64,000 nt of DNA, from NCBI GenBank assembly GCA_951406725.2, contig OX597825.1:82336001-82400000 (forward strand), written 5' to 3'. Shown piece by piece: positions 12,865 through 27,867 of the stretch (positions are counted from its first letter, which is position 1; every line of letters starts with the position of its first letter). This DNA is from Octopus vulgaris. Its lineage: Eukaryota. The translations under genes were made by a program, and so were the position numbers. The notes below the pieces were generated by a model. That model was not told the DNA's origin. It was given only the letters and a program-made list of their open reading frames with translations, and made no database searches.

Positions 12865-14440
12865 AATTTAGATCACAAAAATACAAAAAAATACTGAAAA
12901 CTAAGAGGGGAGGGCATACCACCCACCTATCCTTTTTAAGAACATTGTGAATGGTGTCCGAAAAAGGATTTCGAATATGTCCTCCATTAGAAAACTTTTC
13001 GACGTCACGCCTCCCTATTTGGCATCCAGTCGGTTTAAGGACCGCATCTATATGTCTGTCCCCAAAACTCACAGAATAAGTGCTACCATAAAGACGTATG
13101 ATTTGCCCCATCCTTCGCATTCAATGTCAAGATTTGCGTGGGATGGATATTCCCTAGATTATTGAACAAACACTTCACAGAGTCACATAGATACGGTCTT
13201 TGTTTAAGAGACACCACTTAGGGGACTCTTTCATGTGTGCGCCCAGCATTGAAAAATATCAGTGAGCGATCCAAAACCACGCACAGATGCAGGATGCTCA
13301 TCCAGGGTTAACAATGAGTACGCAGCAGATACGATGGTTGCTGCAACTCAGAGGGTGTAGTGGATGAGACTGAGTGAGTGACCGGCACTGGTAAGTGCAG
13401 CGTCGACTTTAGCAGCAACAATAGCAACGACGCCATCAACTCAGTCACCGATAGCAACAGCGGTGATAGCAATCGTAACGGTGGTGGAAATTACACCAGC
13501 AACTTGTCAAGCGGTGGTGGGATCAATAGCAACAGAAGCTACAGCAACTACAGCACCAGCAGTGGAGGCGCAATGGCCCAATGGTTTGGGCAGCGGACTC
13601 GCGGTCAGAGGATCGTAGTTTCAATTCCCAGACGGGAATTGTGTGTGTTTATTGAGCGAAAACACCTAAATCTCCACGAGGCTCCGGCAGGGGGTGGTGG
13701 CGACCCCTCTTGTACTCTTTCACCACAACTTTCTCTCACTCTTTCTTCCTGTTTCTTGTCCCCGATTTCCTACGCAACCGCTGAGCCTGGATGCGCATTC
13801 ACCCATCCGTCGATGCTCTCGGTGTTGGGGGTTGACCTGCTTTCTCTTCTGCGGGTCTTACGAATAGCAAAGGACCACGTTTCGGACTTCTCAGAAGACC
13901 ATTTCGCTCAACAAACAAACAAACAAACAAGCACCAGCACCAACACCAATGGCAGCAGCAATCCCAGCTGTGGCAGCAGCAGCAGAACCAGTGGAGGCAG
14001 CAGCACTGACAATGTTTCCCGTACTGACAACAGTAACAGCAGCGATAACGACAACAGCAGCTGTGTTACCATGAGCACAAGGGTACAGGCACGGAAATAT
14101 GTCAGTTCTTCAGGATTTTCCGTTCAAGTATCGTGTTAGCAATTACAGGTCCCCCTTTACGATATTAGAGATGCACAACACTAGGTCCCAGGCCAGCTAC
14201 GTATGGCATTTCAAAGAGGAAAGGAGCCATACAAAATTGAATGAAATCTCCTAGAACAACCGAAGCCGTACTTCAGCGGGTGCAAACGATGTAAGCTTTG
14301 CTTGGATGAAAGAACAAGAATCCTGAAAATTTCACTGGACTTGGTAACCTATTTAAACTCTAAAAAAGAGATGTTTAGTCAGTGCCCACATCAGAGGAAA
14401 TTCCTGTTAGGAACACAGAATTTTTCATTTGTCGAGTAGA
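12865..14440 (+). mobile_element. Decayed Penelope-like element C-terminal region (RT thumb, linker, GIY-YIG endonuclease)
   Basis: Frameshifted translation HPPILFKNIVNGVRKRISNMSS / *FAPSFAFNVKICVG..RLLNKHF (WFNPP-like) / DGCCNSEGVV / KYVSSS..FKYRVSNY / ASYVWHFK / YKIE*NLLEQPKPYFSGCKRCKLCLDERTRIL...LNSKKEMFSQCPHQRKFLL. Confidence 0.85.
13562..13929 (+). mobile_element. SINE family C inserted in the Penelope remnant
   Basis: tRNA-like head, (AAAC)n tail, 10-bp TSD agcaccagca at 13552-13561 and 13930-13939. Confidence 0.9.
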
Positions 14441-14644
14441 GAAATGTTAACACCTTCACACACTATTGTGTCCACGACTGGAGCCGATCTAAGGGAGATG
14501 ACTCCGCCCGGATAAAGATTTTAGCAGTAGAGAATCTTTTTCGAATCTTTACTTACAAAATTAATTGATCATGACGTTTTCCTCCCGCCAGTTGTAAAAA
14601 GGTTAACACACACACACATACACACATACGTTTTGTCTGTCTTG

Positions 14645-14675
<31 letters not shown>

Positions 14676-15180
14676 ACGCACACATGTATATATATATATA
14701 TATTTATATACGTACGTGTTTATATAAACACGTGTACTCAAGTGCACTGTTGCACAATTAGGGAGAGAGCTCGGGAAGGGAGTGAATATGAACAGAATGT
14801 CAAGAATGGAAACCACATCCCTGAGTTCACTCGGTTAAACATAATTCCACTCTGTTGCCTTCATCACATGCATTTACATATTTAATTAAATTTTGACTTC
14901 TCATTCCTTTCTCTCGCTCTCTCTTTCTTTCTTTTTCTCTTAATTCATTAGGAAAATAAACTAACCCTGTGTTGTTTCATCGGTTTATGGAAGAAAGGAT
15001 TAGAGGAAATAAACAAACAAACACACCAACAAACAGGAAGTGATCAGTTCAGTTAATTTCCTGTTTACATGCGAGTGCGACCAGGAATGTCTTCTACGAT
15101 GTGAAACAAAAACAAAAAGAAACAAATAAGAAAAAGAAAAAATACTACTAACAAACAAAAAAGCAATATTGTTGTTGTTA

Positions 15181-15560
15181 AGGAGGCGAATTTGTAGAAA
15201 CGTTAGCACGCCGGGTAAAAGGCTTAGCAGCATTTAGTCCGTTTTTACGTTCAGAGATCAAATTCCGTCGAGGTCGGCTTTCCCTTTCATCCTTTCGGGG
15301 TCGATTAGATAAGTACCAGTTACGCACTGGGGTCGATATAATCGACTTAATCCGTTTGTCTGTCCTTGTCTGCCCTCTCTGTGTTTAGCCCCTTGTGGGT
15401 AATAAAGAAATAGATATTTCTTCTGCCGTTACGTTCTGAGTTCAAATTCCGCCGAGGTCGACTTTGCTTTTTATCCGTTTGGGTTCAATAAACAAAGCAC
15501 CAATTGACCACTGAAGTCGACTTGTCCCTTCCCTGAAAGTTGCTGGCCTTGTGCCCAAAC
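15181..15560 (+). mobile_element. SINE family B with duplicated core
   Basis: Head aggaggcgaatttgtagaaacgttagcacgccggg; core gaggtcg..tt..c.tt.atcc.tt.gggt occurs twice. Confidence 0.8.
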
Positions 15561-16399
15561 TTCTTGTTGTTTGTGGTGCAGTTAAGTGCTGTTGAGTTGC
15601 TGAATCTTTCAGCCGGAAGGAGAAATCTTTTGTTATGTTTCTTCAGTCGTTTATGTTCTAAACACAGAGGAGACAAACAAGGACAGACAAACGGATTAAG
15701 TCGATTATATCGACCCCAGTGCGTAAATGGTACTTATTTAATCGACCCGGAAACGATGAAAGGCAAAATCGACCTCGACGGAATTTGAACTCGGAACGTA
15801 ACAGCAGGTGAAATACGATTACGCATTTCGCCCGCTAACGTTTCTGCCCGCTCGCCGCCCTCTGGCTGCGATAACAATAATGTAAATATTGTTAGGATAT
15901 TTTCTCCCCATCATCTCCTTATTCCTGAACATTTTACAAATATTCTTTCATAAGAGCCAACTTATTGTTTTTGATATAAAAGTGTATTTTTCGAATCCTA
16001 TGAATAATAAAGATAACAAATTTTATGAAAATCAGTGCCGGTGGTGTTTTAACAGATTATGACAGACAGGTCTATGTGAGGGGGATGTCGACAAACATCG
16101 AAACACCGTAGGCATAATGCTCCAAATGTTATGAAAACGATAACAACAAATACATTTTAACGCTGCCATTATTGTCTTTAAAAAGGGCATGAGAGGAAGG
16201 CAGAGTTTTAACAGATTAAACTGCCTCGCGGTATTTAGTTACGTTTGCATACATTGTCAGTTCAAATCCCATCAAGGTCATCTTAGACTTTTATCGTTTT
16301 AGGGTCAATGAAATAAAGTAGAGATCAAATGCATTCAACTAAGTCCTTCGTTCAAAAATAACTGGTCTTGAACCCAAAATTTTAAACCATTTTTCTTTT

Positions 16400-16790
16400 C
16401 TACTCTAGACACAAGGCTCGAAATTTTTGGGAGGGGGCAGTCGATTAGATCGACCTCAGTATGTAACTGGTACTTAATTTATCGACTCCGAAAGGGTGAA
16501 AGGCAAAGTCGACCTCGGCGGAATTTGAACTCAGAACATAAAGACAGACGAAATACCTATTTCTTTACTACCCACAAGGGGCTAAAAACAAAGGGGACAA
16601 ACAAGGACAGGCAAACGAATTAAATCGATTACATCGACCTCAGTGCGTAACTGGTACTTAATTTATCGACTCCGATAGGATGAAAGGCTAAGTCGACCTC
16701 GGCGGAATTTGAACTCAGAACGTAAAGTCAGACGAAATACCGCTAAGCATTTCGCCCGGCGTGCTAACGTTTCGGCCAGATCGCCGTCTT
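16400..16790 (-). mobile_element. SINE family B with duplicated core
   Basis: cgacctcagt..gtaactggtacttaatttatcgactccga...aagtcgacctcggcggaatttgaactcagaac repeated at about 183 bp spacing. Confidence 0.85.
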
Positions 16791-17096
16791 CACCAATCAT
16801 ATAGTGGAGCGGTTTACTAATGGCTGTGTCATCTCGTAATATTTAGTATGCGGCTGTGTTAGAAATTACTAATGCTGCAATCTATCGAGGAGACATATAT
16901 AGCGGCATTCCATCCATGCCACACACAACACAGTACTTTCTTGTTTTCTAAAATGGCGGGATGTTTCTTTGTGCTCGTATGGCTTCGTAGTATTTGAGTG
17001 TCTGCTTGAATGTGCCTTTCGATCTCAGTGCTACTGTGTGCAGGTGTGTGTGCGTGTACCTAGTGTGCATTTTCTTTGTTTCTTTTACTTTTTCCC

Positions 17097-17164
<68 letters not shown>

Positions 17165-17355
17165 GTATTGTTAATGTTATATACTCCGAGAATCTTGTAT
17201 GGTTAAGGGATTATATTCAGTATTATCCAACGGAGCATATCTCTAAATACTTATCTCATGTGCATATTATTGGATTTATATATTAACTGTCGAAGAGCCT
17301 ATTTTGAATATCTAACTGAGTGCAAACCGGTAAACGTTTGTAGGTCCCAAGAAGA

Positions 17356-20113
<2,758 letters not shown>

Positions 20114-20542
20114 TGTATATATGTGTGTGTGGGAGTGATGAGTATGTGTATGTATGCATTCATGGGCAGGTATATCTATGAATGCATACTTACACACACA
20201 TGCACACTCACACACAGATAGAGATATGCTTTCGGTCAACAATGGAGAGATATAGGCAAAAAAAATAACAACAAAGACTAATTAAATCTTTGCCTATACT
20301 TCTCCGTCGCATCTGTTACTTATTATCATCAGTATCAGCATCACTGTCATCGCCATCGTCATCACAGTAATTACGACACGAAGTTAGTTATATTTATTGT
20401 GACTTCTGGAAAAATGTTCTTGTGGAAGTCCTAGTATTGTTTTGTTTCGGTGCGTGTGTTTATAAATTCTTTTAATCCTAGAAAAATTACTATTTTAAAA
20501 TCTCACAACCAGAGTTATTCAGCAACAGTACTTTGAGTAAAG

Positions 20543-20669
20543 ATTGTTTGCCAACATAACATGGCAGTCCTGGTTTAGGATGAATGTTGCTGTAATTTAG
20601 CCCCAGGAGACATTGTTTGCCAACATAACATGGCAGTCCTAAGCCAGGACTGCCATGTTATGTTGGCAA
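20543..20669. repeat. 29-bp direct repeat plus inverted third copy
   Basis: attgtttgccaacataacatggcagtcct at 20543 and 20612; inverted aggactgccatgttatgttggcaa at 20646. Confidence 0.9.
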
Positions 20670-20802
20670 CCAACATTCTTTTAATCTTGTTCGGTATTTC
20701 TCTCCTTCCATTCTTCAGTCTCTCTCAGTTGGGCAACTTTCAAGATTTACTTCTGTAGTTGTATGTTTTGTTTCGACTACCATTCACAGACATGTATGTA
20801 TT

Positions 20803-21150
20803 GTGGAGGCGCAGTGGCCCAGGGATAACGGCAGCGAACTCGCGGTTTCGATTCCCAGACTAGGCGTTGTGAGTGTTTATTGAGCGAAAACACCTAAAGC
20901 TCCCCGAGGCGCCGGCATGGGGTGACGGCGAACCGTGCTGTACTCTTCACCACAACTTTCATTCTTTCTGTTGTACCTGTATTTCAAAGGGGCCAGCCTT
21001 GTCACTCTCTGTGTCACGCTGAATCTCCCCGAGAACTACGTTAAGGGTTCGCATATCTGTGGAGTGCTCAGCCACATGCACGTTAATTTCACAAGCAGGC
21101 TGTTCCGTGGATCGGATCAACTTGAACTCTAGTCGTCGTAACCGACGGAG
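20803..21150 (+). mobile_element. SINE family C
   Basis: Head gtggaggcgcagtggcccag; tail shared with 7235-7430. Confidence 0.85.
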
Positions 21151-21680
21151 AGCTGTAGTATGTATTATGTACGTATGTATGTATGTATGTATGTATGTAT
21201 GCATGCATGCATGTATGTATGTATGTAAGCATGCATGTATGTATGTATGTATGTATGTATGTATGTATGTATGTATGTATGTATGTATGTATGTATGTAT
21301 GTATGTATGTATGTATGTATGTATGTATGTATGCATGTATGTATGTATGTATGTATGTATGTATGTATGTATGTATGTATGTATGTATGTATGTATGTAT
21401 GTATGTATGTATGTATGTATGTATGTATGTATGTATGTATGTATGTATGTATGTATGTATGTGTGTATGCATGTATGTAAATATATTCATAAACACACAC
21501 AAACACAAAAATCTGTACAGCTTGTAATGAAACTTAGTTGTATCGAATAGCGGTAACACGAAACTCGGTGTGCCGACAGCGTAACATATCAGTTTAAATT
21601 GGTTTTATTATATAAAATGTACACACGCACGCACACACACACACATGCATTTATATACATATATATATATGTCTGTTTAT

Positions 21681-21738
<58 letters not shown>

Positions 21739-22059
21739 GTATATAAATGCATGTCTGTATGTGTGTGTGCATGCATGTATGCATGGGTGTGTATGTATGT
21801 CTGTGTGTGTAATTATTTATGTGTGTATGTATGTATGTGTGTGTATGGATATATGTGTATATGTATATATGCATGTGTGTATGTATGTATGTATATATGT
21901 ATGCATGTATTATGTGTGTATGTATGTATGTATGTATGTACGTGTCTTGAAGATGCCAATTGTTTCTCCAAACATTGAGAAGCTGTCTACGAAGCAGACA
22001 CAACTGTCCTTCCCTTTCCGCCTCCCACCCCTCTAGTTAGCGTTATCAGCAAGCACATC

Positions 22060-22196
22060 ACCATCACCATCATCATCTTAATCTCTGATGAACACCATCA
22101 CTATCACAAAAAACACGGTCATCATCATCACCATCGTCATAATCATCGTCGTCGTCGTCATCGTCATCATCATCATCATCATCATCATCATCGTGG

Positions 22197-22232
<36 letters not shown>

Positions 22233-22285
22233 CCATCATCGTGGTCATCATCATCATCGTCCACGTCGTCGTTATCATCATCATT

Positions 22286-22326
<41 letters not shown>

Positions 22327-22753
22327 TATTATCATCATCATCATCATCATCATCCACGTCGTCGTTATCATCATCATCATCATCATCATCATCATTATCA
22401 TCATCATCATCATCCACGTCGTCGTTATCATCATCATCATCATTATCATCATCATACAACTACAACCAGAACCATTGTCATCATCACCATTCTCACCGCC
22501 AGCGCTAACATCAGCATCATCGCCATCATGATCACCTCTGTCCCCGCCTCCTCACCATCTCCACCTACTTGATAAAAATGGCGTGTGCCTGGAGCGTTGC
22601 ATTAAACTCGTCTCATCTGTTTCCTGCTTACCGTACGCCATGGCTTCAGTCCATAGGCTCTTTTCCTTCCCCTTCCGCCTCAACCTCACTTCCTCACCCG
22701 CTTCCTCCTCCCGCTCCTCCTCCTCCTCCCCCCTTATCTTCCTACATGTCACT

Positions 22754-22786
<33 letters not shown>

Positions 22787-22791
22787 TTCAA

Positions 22792-22838
<47 letters not shown>

Positions 22839-23110
22839 ACATCATCCTCATCATCATCATCATCATCATCATAACCACCATCATCATCGCCATCATCATC
22901 AGCACCACCACCAGGATTATGATGATCGTGATGAGCATCGTAGTCCTGGCTACTAAAGCCACCTCCTTGTCTTCTTCCTCATCATAATCATCATCATAAT
23001 CATCATCAGCATAGTCCTCCTCCTCGCCACCACATCATCATCTGCATTCTCCTCCTCCTCCTCCTCGTCACCATCATCATCATCATCACCATCTGCAGCA
23101 GCAGCAGCAG
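22060..23110. repeat. (CAT)n / (CCT)n low-complexity arrays
   Basis: Trinucleotide arrays with a recurring catccacgtcgtcgttatcatc interruption. Confidence 0.9.
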
Positions 23111-23464
23111 TAGGGGTGGTCACTGCTGCATTTAGAATAGAACAAATTAAACTTCACACGCTTCTTATCTTCCCCTTCGTCTCCTCACCACCATCATCAG
23201 CAACGCCACCAACGGGAACCACACTATGATAACAACAGTAGAAGCACCACCACCACCACCACTATCACCACCCATACTATTACAAAAATCATCATGACCA
23301 CAACCAACACTATCACCATCACCAACCTCGCATTTAATGCCACAACCAGCCATACCACTACGACGACGTCGAATATGTATGTATGCATGTACGTACATAC
23401 ATACATACATACATACATACATACATACATACATACATACATACATACATACATACATACATAA

Positions 23465-23680
23465 TGTTAATCCAAACATGAAAACTCCAAGAGAAAACAC
23501 AACAACGCGAGGATGTGGAACAAGTATAGTATCATTGGACGCTCAGGAAAGAAGGATAGAAGGAGGATCTAACGTTTCGAGCGGAGCTCTTCGTCAGAAA
23601 CATAGGAAAAGGAAAGATTTAAAGAAGGGAAGACGGAGGAAAAAAAATCGCCTACGGCACACACGCGGTCACATTTTGAA
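23465..23680 (-). mobile_element. Short HHR-bearing element, family 2
   Basis: Minus strand ttt-CTGACGA-a-gagc-tcc-gctc-GAAA-cgtt-aga (23566-23602), followed by ttcctgagcg...atacta as in the 4670 and 48000 copies; inserted in (CATA)n. Confidence 0.7.
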
Positions 23681-23949
23681 TCACATACATACATACATGC
23701 ACACATACACACATATATACATACATACATACATACATACACACATACATACGTACATATATATCATGAAAGAACTGTTACTTTCTCAGACGCAGCACGG
23801 AATTTTGTCAGTGAACAGGTCGCAGTTTAAAAGCAACGAAAATATTTTGGCAAATTAAATTTAAATGTTGAATCTAACGGTTTTTGTGTTTCTTAAATGA
23901 CTCATAAACTCTTTCCACGCTGCAATTGTTTTATATATATATATATATA

Positions 23950-23986
<37 letters not shown>

Positions 23987-24156
23987 TTGTGTGTCTGTGT
24001 TTGTCCCTCCACCCATCGCTCTTGACAACCGTAACTTTGAGGTAAGGCAAAACAGACCAATAGAATAAGAACGAGGCTTACTTAGACTAAAGGCGGTGCT
24101 CCAGCATGACCACAGTAAAATAAATGAAACAAGTAAAAGAATGAAAGAAAATATAA

Positions 24157-24196
<40 letters not shown>

Positions 24197-24201
<5 letters not shown>

Positions 24202-24392
24202 CTATTATGCAAAAGTGTCGTAAGTCCAGAATGTTGCTTTTTCAGAAACCGAAAAAGTAGTTTCACCATTCCATAGCAAAACGGTTGTACTACACTTTGA
24301 TAATATTTGATATCTTGGCATCTGAAGCAGCTGGAGATACGATAGTTTGTCCAATAGAACCGGCAATTGCAAGCAAAAATAAATATTGAAAA
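24197..24392. repeat. ~195 bp dispersed repeat, copy 1 (copy 2 at 25436-25632)
   Basis: Shared tgatatcttggcatc.gaagcagctggagatacgatagtttg and colinear flanks. Confidence 0.85.
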
Positions 24393-24461
24393 GAAAACGC
24401 ATTTGGCCAAATTTGGATGTGCAACAGACCAACATATTTACAACTGTGTATGTATTGTATA

Positions 24462-24855
24462 TCTTTATATATAAATGTAAGGTTGTGTGTCTGTCTCCTA
24501 CGATTTAGATTCCTAACTACTCCCACATTTTGCGGTGCAGTTTAACCAAAACCGGGCATCTTATAGTCGTGATTCATATCGAGCCCTTCTGGGTATTAGC
24601 GCGCGTCTACGATGAGTCTACGATTTAAAAAAAAAATTACCATCATTTTTTCCATTTTAATGCATTTTTCGCTATTATATAAGGGAAGTAACTCTCTAAA
24701 AATGTCTACGATGAGTCAACGATTTTTAAAAAAATTACCATCATTTTTTTTTCCATTTTTAATGCCTTTTTTGTTATTTCTGGTTATAACTCTCTAAAAA
24801 ATGTTTATATAGTTATTTCCCTTACAAACCCGAGCAACGCCGGGCGATACTGCTA

Positions 24856-24856
<1 letters not shown>
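24462..24856 (+). mobile_element. Non-autonomous Helitron
   Basis: 5' TC after A (a|tctttatatataaa), 3' hairpin cccgagcaacgccggg then CTAG|t; 3' part shared with 58213-58595. Confidence 0.85.
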
Positions 24857-24897
<41 letters not shown>

Positions 24898-24899
<2 letters not shown>

Positions 24900-25377
24900 C
24901 AATAATAATTCTCTAAATGAGTTATAGACAGTGACTGCTCCGTAATATAAGGGATATTAGCCAACCGAATATGGCTAGGGACAGGGCAGGGTGGTGGGGG
25001 TGTCGGTTGGCTAATATCCCTTATATTACGGAGCAGTCACTGTCTATAACTCATTTAGAGAATTATTATTGCTGTCGAACGGATTTTCGAAATCAGTAAA
25101 TGTATTTACTAGAAAATCCTTATATGTATCTTGCAAAGTTGGTCGTTCATCGAGAAGCGATGCCTACCACACGTTGATAATAGGCAACACACCTTGAAAC
25201 CTAGGTCCGTGTGTGGTATCGGCTTCTTGGTGAGTGATCTCCCTTTGCAAGATAAAGGACGTCGTGATGACGTCAGGCCTATCTGGTGACGTTGATGTTC
25301 GCCTGGGGCTAAATGCAACAGTGACACCCCCACCACCCTGCCCTGTCCCTAGCCATATTCGGTTGGCTAATATCCCT

Positions 25378-25384
<7 letters not shown>
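24898..25384 (+). mobile_element. Retrozyme-like element family 1, copy 2 (356-bp monomer, 26-bp terminal redundancy, inverted 5' piece)
   Basis: tcggttggctaatatcccttatatta at 25003 and 25359; 24898-25004 is the exact reverse complement of the end-to-start junction; flanked by (TA)n on both sides. Confidence 0.85.
25168..25213 (+). ncRNA. Type I minimal hammerhead ribozyme, U3-A8 variant
   Basis: cacacg-TTGATAA-t-agg-caacaca-cct-t-GAAA-cctagg-TC-cgtgtg. Perfect 6-bp stem I, palindromic stem III ACCTAGGT, GUC site. Confidence 0.8.
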
Positions 25385-25437
<53 letters not shown>

Positions 25438-26504
25438 CGTTGTTATTATGCAAAACTGTCTTGTGTCCGAAACGTTGATTTTTCAGAAAACGGAAAAATA
25501 GTTTCATCGTTCCATAACGAAACCGTTGTGCTACACTTTGACAATTTTTGATATCTTGGCATCCGAAGCAGCTGGAGATACGATAGTTTGACCAAAAAAA
25601 CCGGCAATTACTAGCAAAAATATATATTGAAATGGAAACGTGGAGGAACAGACACAGACACACAAATATATATATACGATGGGCTTCTTTCAGTTTCCGT
25701 CAACCAAATCCAATCACAAGGCTTTGATCGGCCCGAGACTATAGGAGAAGACACTTGCCAAAGGTGTCACGTAGTGGGACTGAACCCGAAGTCATGTGGT
25801 TGTGAAGCAAGGTTCTTACCACACAGCCACGCTTGCGCCTGTATATATTTATTTTATCTATAACTTGTTTCGGTCATCAGACTGCGGCCAGGCTGGAGCG
25901 CCTCCTTAAAGGGTTTTAGTCAAACTAATCGACCACAGGACAAATTTTCTTTATTAGCCTGGTATTTATACTATCGGTGACCTTTGCCGAACTGTTAAGT
26001 TACGGCCACATAAACACGCCACCAGTGGTTGACATGCGTTGGTGGTGGACAAACACAGACACACAGACACTCATACCGAAGCACACAAATATACATACAC
26101 ACACACACACAGACTTGATAAGTGCCAACACACGAAATACTCGGACCTGGAGTCACTCTGTTGCTTCTGCTAAATATTAATAAAAAAAAAATACATACTC
26201 ACACACACACATTTACACATGCATACCTACATACATGTGTTTGTGTGTTGTATGTGTTGTGTTGGGGTCCGGTGTGGGTGTGCGCCGACTCCCCAACGGA
26301 ATCTAAGCCTGCCAAATGACATCGTGTCATGCGTAGATCTCATCACCGATAAATCATTCATTATTATCTTCCAACGGTTATCAGATCTGTCACCCATATT
26401 CACCTATTCCTCCCACCCCAACACTTCGCGGTATCATTATTTCATCACCAACTTCTCTATTGAAATTCTTTATGTTTATATCACCCTTGTGGCCAATATA
26501 AAGC

Positions 26505-26685
<181 letters not shown>

Positions 26686-26689
26686 TTTA

Positions 26690-26900
26690 AGGCGGCGAGT
26701 TGGCAGAATTATTAGCACGGCGAGCGAAATGCTTAGCTTTACTTCGCCCGTCGCTGCGTTCTGAGTTCGAATTCCGCCGATGTCGACTTTGCTTTTCATC
26801 CTTTCGTGGTCGATAAACTAAGTACCAGTTGAACACTGGGGTCGATGTAATCGACTCATCCCCTTCTCCCCCAAGTTGCACTTGTTGCAAAAATTTGAAA
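26690..26900 (+). mobile_element. SINE family B
   Basis: aggcggcgagttggcagaattattagcacg head, gagttcgaattcc B-box-like motif, shared core. Confidence 0.85.
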
Positions 26901-26936
26901 TAATCATAATAAAAATAATAATTATTATTATTGTTA

Positions 26937-27009
<73 letters not shown>

Positions 27010-27141
27010 TTAGTTTTATGCTTATAGCGTGCTTTCACTTCACTACCGAGTGCAGCTCTGTGTGCCTTGGGTTGTTGTGATGCTCTGATGGTTACTATAT
27101 TGAAAGTGTTTTGCGTAGGATGTGTGCAGTGCCCTGTAGTG
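27010..27141 (-). mobile_element. RLE-type LINE extreme 3' end (second family)
   Basis: TLQGTAHILRKTLSI* then a UTR matching 47209-47292; within (TAA)n. Confidence 0.65.
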
Positions 27142-27190
27142 TCATTATTATTATTATTATTATTATTATCATTATTATTATTTTTATTAC

Positions 27191-27857
<667 letters not shown>

Positions 27858-27867
27858 ATTATTATTA

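Noticed and set aside
13378-14139. Duplicated 253-aa ORF as a host gene
   Set aside because: It consists of low-complexity sequence, a SINE with TSDs and a Penelope fragment; identity between the copies reflects the inverted duplication.
14240-14246. In-frame TGA in the Penelope remnant as selenocysteine
   Set aside because: It falls where Trp is expected in a copy with several frameshifts; a TGG-to-TGA mutation is simpler.
16055-16120. gatgt-cgacaa-acatc-gaaac...gta as an HHR relic
   Set aside because: No CUGANGA or UUGANAA core at the required position.
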